Assembly (NCBI RefSeq): GCF_009914755.1
Contig: NC_060926.1
From: the human T2T-CHM13v2.0 reference genome, Homo sapiens
Strand: one strand, 5' to 3'
DNA: 64,000 bases
The position numbers and the translations under genes are program-made. Numbering within the stretch: position 1 is the stretch's first letter; the number at the start of each line of letters is the position of its first letter. A model generated the notes under the pieces. It was not told the DNA's origin. It was given only the letters and a program-made list of their open reading frames with translations, and made no database searches. This document shows, piece after piece, positions 57,701 through 64,000 of the stretch.

Positions 57701-58692
57701 CCCCCAGCAACCCCATTGCCACGTCACCACTGGTTGTGATGGGAGAAGGGAATTGGAGGGATTCCGCAGAACTCTCCTTTCCTCCCCAGCTAACATTTGT
57801 ATTTAAAGGTGATTTTTCTAGGGGCAAAGTTCTTAAAGGTAGAGAACTGACTTTAGTGATGTAAGTTTCAGGCGAGAAGGAGAGTAGTGAGGGGCAGTGA
57901 GGAGGTGGGGAGAGGTCCTTTGTCCCATGGAGGGGGCAGAGCTACCTCAAACAGTAACTCTGTGTCTCATGCTATGTGCCAGTGGACGTTACAGGGACAA
58001 CAGACCAGGCCAGGCTTTTTGTTACATTCTGAGGCTGGGCATTTAATCCTCAAGTAGCTCTTGTGACCATGAATGACAGGTCTGAAAACGTCCCCAAGTG
58101 GATCAGTCTCTGGTAAAGCTGCGATCTGAACTGAGTGGGCCTGACTCTAAAGTTCATTCTCTTTCTACTGTCTGCACAGCCTGCTCATCAAGTTAGCAGA
58201 ATGATTTGTGGGCAGGGCCAGTTAGATGAGTGTAATAAATATCACGCCAAAAAAAGGGGCACTGGAAGCCCTTCCATGGTCTCCCCACGTGTCAGTCCTA
58301 ATTCTTCAGAGCAGAAGATAATGAGGGCATAGCTGGTGATAATGAGGGCATGGCTGGTGTGTGTAAACGTGAGAGCTGGGCTTTTGAGATGTGGACTGAA
58401 AAAGCAGAAGTGCCCTTCACTAAAACCAGAGTGGCAGGATATTGCCAACTTTCCTTTGAAACTTGACACGCACATTGGTTCTAAACTTACAGAAGGTGGC
58501 TACTTAGCTCCCCTCAACATTTCCTGGGTATTGATATTTCCACATGGCAGTCTCCACGAGTTAAAGAGGCCTTGTCAATTGTGTGCAGTCTCCTGGGAAA
58601 AAGATTTCTTTCTTTGCATGGTATTTATAATTTAAGAGTTTGGCTGCTATACTTCAGCTGCTGGAGAGCAAGGAAGGGGTATGTGTAGCAAA

Positions 58693-58734
58693 GTGTGTGT
58701 GTGTGTGTGCGCGCGCGCGCACACACACACATGC
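58693..58734. repeat. (GT)8(GC)6(AC)5 compound repeat containing a perfect 34-bp palindrome (58698-58731)
   Basis: Read directly. Confidence 0.97.
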
Positions 58735-59013
58735 TTGTGCTTTTTCCTACTTGCTGTTACATAGAATGAAGTAACAATACAAAGGAGTAGGAAATCAACT
58801 ACAGATCAGGTGCAGGCAGATAATGGAGATAACTGAAAAGAGGTAAGTTTGATCCAGCTGGCAGTGTTGGGACTGTGCCACAGGACAGGGCATGCCCTGC
58901 CTTATGTCATTCAAAATTGGTGAAATACTGCACTATTACATGCCTAGAGGTTGCTCTCGCCCTCCCCCACACCTCCACCTGTACCAATTTTCAACCCTTT
59001 GTAGCTTGATGCA

Positions 59014-59365
59014 TGCTATAGATTGAATGTTTTGTGCCCATCCAAATTCATATGTTGAAATCTTAACCCCTAAGGTGGTGATAGTAGGAGGTGGGGCCTT
59101 TGGGAGGTGATTGGGTTCTGAGGATGGACTCTCATGAATGGCATTAGTGTCCTGTGAGTTCTGAGAGAGCTTCCTTCCCTCTGGTCTCCACTATGTAAGA
59201 CTATAATGAGATGCCATCTGCAAACCCCGAAGAGGGCCCTTACCAAGTGCCAAGATCATGTTGGCACTCTGATCTTGGACTTCTAGCCTCCAGAACTGTA
59301 AGTAATAAATTCTTTATAAGCCACCCAGTCTATGGTACTTTCTTATAGCAGCTCCAGGTAAGACA
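59014..59365 (+). mobile_element. MLT1A-type MaLR solo LTR
   Basis: TG...CA ends; caaattcatatgttgaaatcttaacccc, ggtggggcctttgggaggtgatt, gatcttggacttctagcctccagaactgtaagtaataaa. Confidence 0.88.
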
Positions 59366-59571
59366 GGGGCCACTTCAGAATGCAGGCCTAGCAGTTTTCT
59401 CCTCTGGGCACTGTTGAACCTTGATTCTCAGAAGGCGGCTTGTGGCTCATATCACATATACTACACTAAGCTTTAATTCCTTTCTGACATTGCCATGGAG
59501 GCAGGATAACTCCGGGCATGTGCATGTGGCTAAGGAGAGCCACCCACTGGCCTGGTTCCGTTCCCCAGGGT

Positions 59572-60005
59572 GCTAGTTAGGATCCTTGGATTGCAAACGA
59601 CAGGAATTGACACTGCCTGGCTAAAGCAAAAAGAGAATGTGTTAGAAGGATACGAATGATTCGCAGACTCCAAAGCAGAGGCAACAGGCTCCGACAAGTG
59701 TAGGCTGGGGCTGCTTCAGGGATACAGGCAGCAGAGACAGGCAGGTCTCTTAAGTGGCCACACCTGGAATTAATGCTTTTTCCCTTCTGTATGTGATTAT
59801 GTTGGAGAAGCAGAGGCCCAGGATAGAAGTGGGAATACTGTGCTTGCTGGTGTGCCTTGGCTGGGGAAGGGCAGGGCACTTTGATACATTGTCTGATGAA
59901 GACTGCATGCAGTTTAGGGGGCTAATTCCTTAAAAGGAAGTTGAGGTGCTATTTTCTAAGAATGGGTGTCGAGTGGCTGAAAAGCAACAAATGTTCACCA
60001 CAATC
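59572..60005. mobile_element. Old MLT1 (K/L-like) LTR
   Basis: agttaggatccttggattgcaaacgacagga...aagcaaaaagagaat start; aacaaatgttcacca end. Confidence 0.5.
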
Positions 60006-61777
60006 TACTAGTGACATCTTGTGGGCCGATATCGATGGCTGGTCTTTCTTCGAATCTGGAGGCTCTGTTGGCTCTTTAGCCTCACGGAGATTTGTTCAGC
60101 CTGCTTGCTTAAGGAACAGATAGGATGGAGTGGGGCAGTTGCCAGAAAATGGAATTTTTTTTAAAGCTCTATTGCTTTGTTGCTCATATGTGCGGGAGAG
60201 ACTCGAACAATCCTATATATGGAGATAGAGTTAAATAGTTGGATTCAGAGTGAATTACAGCTCCAGCTCATGCTAACCTCCTCCCAATCCATCAGGAAAA
60301 CTCTTGACAGGAGGATGGGGAGGGCGGGGTGAAGTCTGGATGCATGGCTTCCTGTTGCTGCCAGGTCAGTCTTCACACATGCTGTCTTCTGATACTTTGA
60401 ATTTTGCACTTGAAAAATAATTTTTTACAGTGATTTAAGTCAGAAAAAGGAGGACCTGAAAATCCAGGTGTCAGAACAAGGAAATGACCTGACAAACTGG
60501 TGTATCTGCAGATTTTCTTCTCTTGAATAATTGCCTATAAGATTAAAAAACAGTGGATATAGATTTACCTTATCTGCTGAAGTCATGCAAAGAAATGATT
60601 TCATCACAGGCTGAGAAAGTGTGGAAAAATCGGCAGTCTCTAACGCAGATTTGTTCATCCAGTTCAAAACCTGTGAGGCCAGCAGACATGGTTCAGTAAC
60701 TAGCTAAATCTGTAGCCTCTAGTCTGATTTGGGGCTTTGTGGAACTTTGGGACCACCACAATTGGAACACAATTTGCTCTTTTAGCATTAAATCTTCGAA
60801 GATGCTGGCTCCCTTCTTAGATCCATGATTATAATGGACTCTCAGAAATTAGCATTTCATTGGAGCGATCTAATTTACTAGGCCCTCTGCTTGCTTTTGA
60901 GAACACAACCAAACTCTGTAATAGAAATACCGTCTGTCTACTAAGAGAATGTTGTGGCCTGTTCAGGTGGTCATGAATGTAAGGAGGATGCAGAGTCCCA
61001 GGTGACCAGTTTATTAGAAAATCGCTCTAGAAGGGATTAGAGGATGTTTTAAGCTGCTTACAGTGTTTTTAGGAATGAGGGTGAAAGATGCTATTTGCAT
61101 GCAAAATAATCTCATAAAAGAATGATTTTTTTTTTTTAACATCACATTTATATAATGACATCTTGTAGCCAGCTGCTCTCACCCATCTGGCAACTTAAAG
61201 ATTTCCTTTTAGTTTCTTTGATACAGAAATTACCTACCATTAGGTCTGCCACTGGGCCTATTTAATTGGAATTAAAAGAAAGCACCTCGTTTGCCAGATC
61301 TGCTGTGGTTCCTGGCGGAAGCTGTGAGTAACCAGCAAATCTCTGCTCTGGAGTTACTGAGAGAATGCAATTACCTTTCTGTGTTCTCCTGAGGCTTTAG
61401 GAACTCAACTTATGAAAAGGATAACTAGCTTGTTGCTATTTCATGTGTGAAGTTTTAATGAATTACTGGCAGTCTAATGGTTTTCTTTCTTTAAAAAAAA
61501 ACCCAAAAACCTATTTTAGAAATTTTAATAGCCCTAATGAGAATTTTTGATTAGTGTGTCATTCTCATCTGTTGCCGTTGATGGATTTCTATTTTTTGTA
61601 GAAATGTTATTTACGCCCTCTGGGAGTTTTTATTTTATAATTAGAATGCTCTGTAAGCCTTATAGGTATGCTTCAGTGAATGCTCCTATGTAAACACAAA
61701 TCTTTTTAGTCCTTAAAGGTAATTACATCTGACGATAGTAAATGCCAGGATGCTTATTTAAAGAAGGGGAAGGTTTC

Positions 61778-61780
<3 letters not shown>

Positions 61781-61830
<50 letters not shown>

Positions 61831-61832
61831 TG
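61781..61832 (+). repeat. (TG)21 TA (TG)4 microsatellite
   Basis: Read directly. Confidence 0.97.
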
Positions 61833-63627
61833 GGGAGGCCTTTCAGATGCTTTACAATATTATGAGCTCTTTTCCTATAGACAGCAGGTATAAGCCTCCG
61901 GGGCTAAACTAAGAGAAATCTGCTTTTAATGCAAAGAGGGAGACTCAAAATAGATGCTAATCTTCCTTTGGTGGTCTTTTTCTCCTTCTCCCACCATCAG
62001 AGTTCAGGGCGTTATTTCTCTAGGGTCTGTTTGCAGCTGTCTTCCTTGTTAGAATCAGTTATTCCATAATCACCATGTGGGGGCTTCTCCAGAGAATTGG
62101 TCCACTGCAGTGCAGGGAATATTCTCCATTAACGTGGTGAGATTGCCATGGAGACAGATAACCTAGTGTCAGGTCTTGCCTAGTGTTGGGAATTTACAAT
62201 CCCCAGACGTGTTTGTGAGCTGGACAGTGTAGTTACCAGGACGCTTCTGGAAGTCATTTTCTCGGTCCTTTGAAGAGTAGTGGTGTTGGAAAACCTGCCC
62301 TTGGTTCCTCTCTGGGCAGGAGCTGGGCTGCTTTAGTTCCTGCGTGTTGCGGCTTTGTTCTTCTCCGTTGAAATGGCTGCTGTAAAAAATAATCCTTACT
62401 GCCTGACCTTTAGAATATAAACTGAAAAGAGCTGGTTGTTTAGATGTAGCTTTGTAGGAGACATGTTAATGCTTTGATTGAGAGAATTGTTCAAGAGAAA
62501 CCACAAAGTCTGCTGTAGGTTTCAAATACTGTTTTAATAATAATAAAAATAAACCTGAAATGGACTTGCATGGCTATACCATGTTTTATTTTTGGAACTG
62601 AGCTCCAGCCATAAAATTATCGTAAAGATCTCAGAAACACAAATCACAGAATAAGTAAAAATAATAATTTATCTGCCAAGCCTACAAAGTTGCAAATTTG
62701 TCAGGGAGAGGAGGGGATAAGAGGTGGACTTTGAACAATATTGCCTTTTGTGCTTTTTACATATACTATCTTCATTTATCTTTAGAACAACCCTGTGATA
62801 AAGGCATTGTTATTTCTTCTCCCTTACAGAAAGGAAACCAAGAGGGTAAGCAGGAGATGGGCTTGTGATTAATGAGACCTGTTAAAAGGTACAATGTGGC
62901 TTTAGCATCCTGCCATAGCACTGGAGATGAGAGAGTCCCTTGACTACTTTCACAGTGCCTTACAGCAGCATTGGCTAGCTTGTTGAATCTCTGCCATCTG
63001 GGACAACCCTTCTACTTGGTGACGCTATCATTCCTTAATGGGAGAAGAGGGCAGCTTTAGGGGAAGTCAGGCCTGTGACTTTGGTTAGAACAGGTCACTT
63101 GCTGCTAAGGTTATAGAAGTCTATCCCCGGCCCCTGCCCACTCAGCTGAATCAAAACACACACTGGGCAGCTCCTTAGCTTACCCTAGCCTCATGATACC
63201 ATTGCCTCTTTGGCCATTTGAAACCAAAGAACACAGGGAATATATCTCTTCCAGATGTTTTTGTATCTTACCTCTTTACTTGGAGTGAGTTGGCCTGTGG
63301 ATAATATGACCATGTTCTGGTTGGTGTCTGGTCTGGTACAGCTAAGAATTTCATCTTTGTCATGCGTAAGCTGAAAGATTAAATTCATACTGTACTGGAT
63401 TGCCCTGTTCCCAAATTTCAGAAGCTAGAGCTCAAAAATTAGAGATACAGTCACAATCCAAGAAGAGGAAGGATATTTACCAAAGTGTTAGTGGTGAATT
63501 TCTCTGGGGAAGGAACAGAATTAGAAGGGAGGGGTGAAGGAGGACTTTCAAGTTTTAGTTGTATACTCCACATTGCTTGAGTTGTTTATGTTAAGAATGT
63601 ATCCTGAATTATTGTGTGATTAGAAAA

Positions 63628-63700
<73 letters not shown>

Positions 63701-63709
63701 GTCTATCTA
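63628..63709 (+). repeat. (TCTG)7(TCTA)11 TG (TCTA)2 compound tetranucleotide STR
   Basis: Read directly. Confidence 0.97.
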
Positions 63710-64000
63710 TCTCTAATATGTTTAAGAAAAAAAAAGAACATGGTACAGCTTTTATAGCCCATGGATTTAGCAGACTGTAGAGAATATAGATCCTTTAATT
63801 GGATGAAATCCAGTCTGCACACTAAGGTTGTTGATGGATATTTTAAGCCAGGAATTGGAACTGAATGAAATATTGATTTGGTTCAGGTTCTGTTCAAAGG
63901 CTACTCTGATATTCTGGTTTTGTTTAAGGTCAATAATTTTAGAAAAAACGCTTAAGTATAGCAGTCTTGTTGGAAAAGGAAAAAGGGTTGGCTCAATTTT

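Overview
Primate (very likely human) genomic DNA lying wholly inside the neuronal kinesin-1 heavy chain gene KIF5C on the + strand. The window runs from the 3' part of intron 1 through coding exons 2-11 (most of the motor domain, neck linker, neck coil) into intron 11. All ten exons were hand-spliced at GT-AG sites into one open frame of 991 nt; exon and residue numbers assume a 126-nt coding exon 1 outside the window (recalled, not seen). The rest is intron containing Alu, L1, L2, MIR, ERVL/MaLR LTR and hAT-Charlie relics, microsatellites and a 1.5-kb CA-rich tandem array. Repeat family names are by-eye calls. Nearly all ORF-track entries are spurious. Best leads: (1) a Kozak-ATG mini-exon in intron 8 (MATYIH) that joins exon 9 in frame, giving a KIF5C without its ATPase motifs; (2) a stop-free, frame-preserving 75-nt exon candidate in intron 11; (3) one antisense Alu just after exon 11 facing six upstream sense Alus, a possible circRNA hub; (4) a poison-exon or microexon candidate beside a sense (UG)21 tract; (5) a CpG-rich intron-2 element with a CTCF-like motif inside a perfect hairpin.
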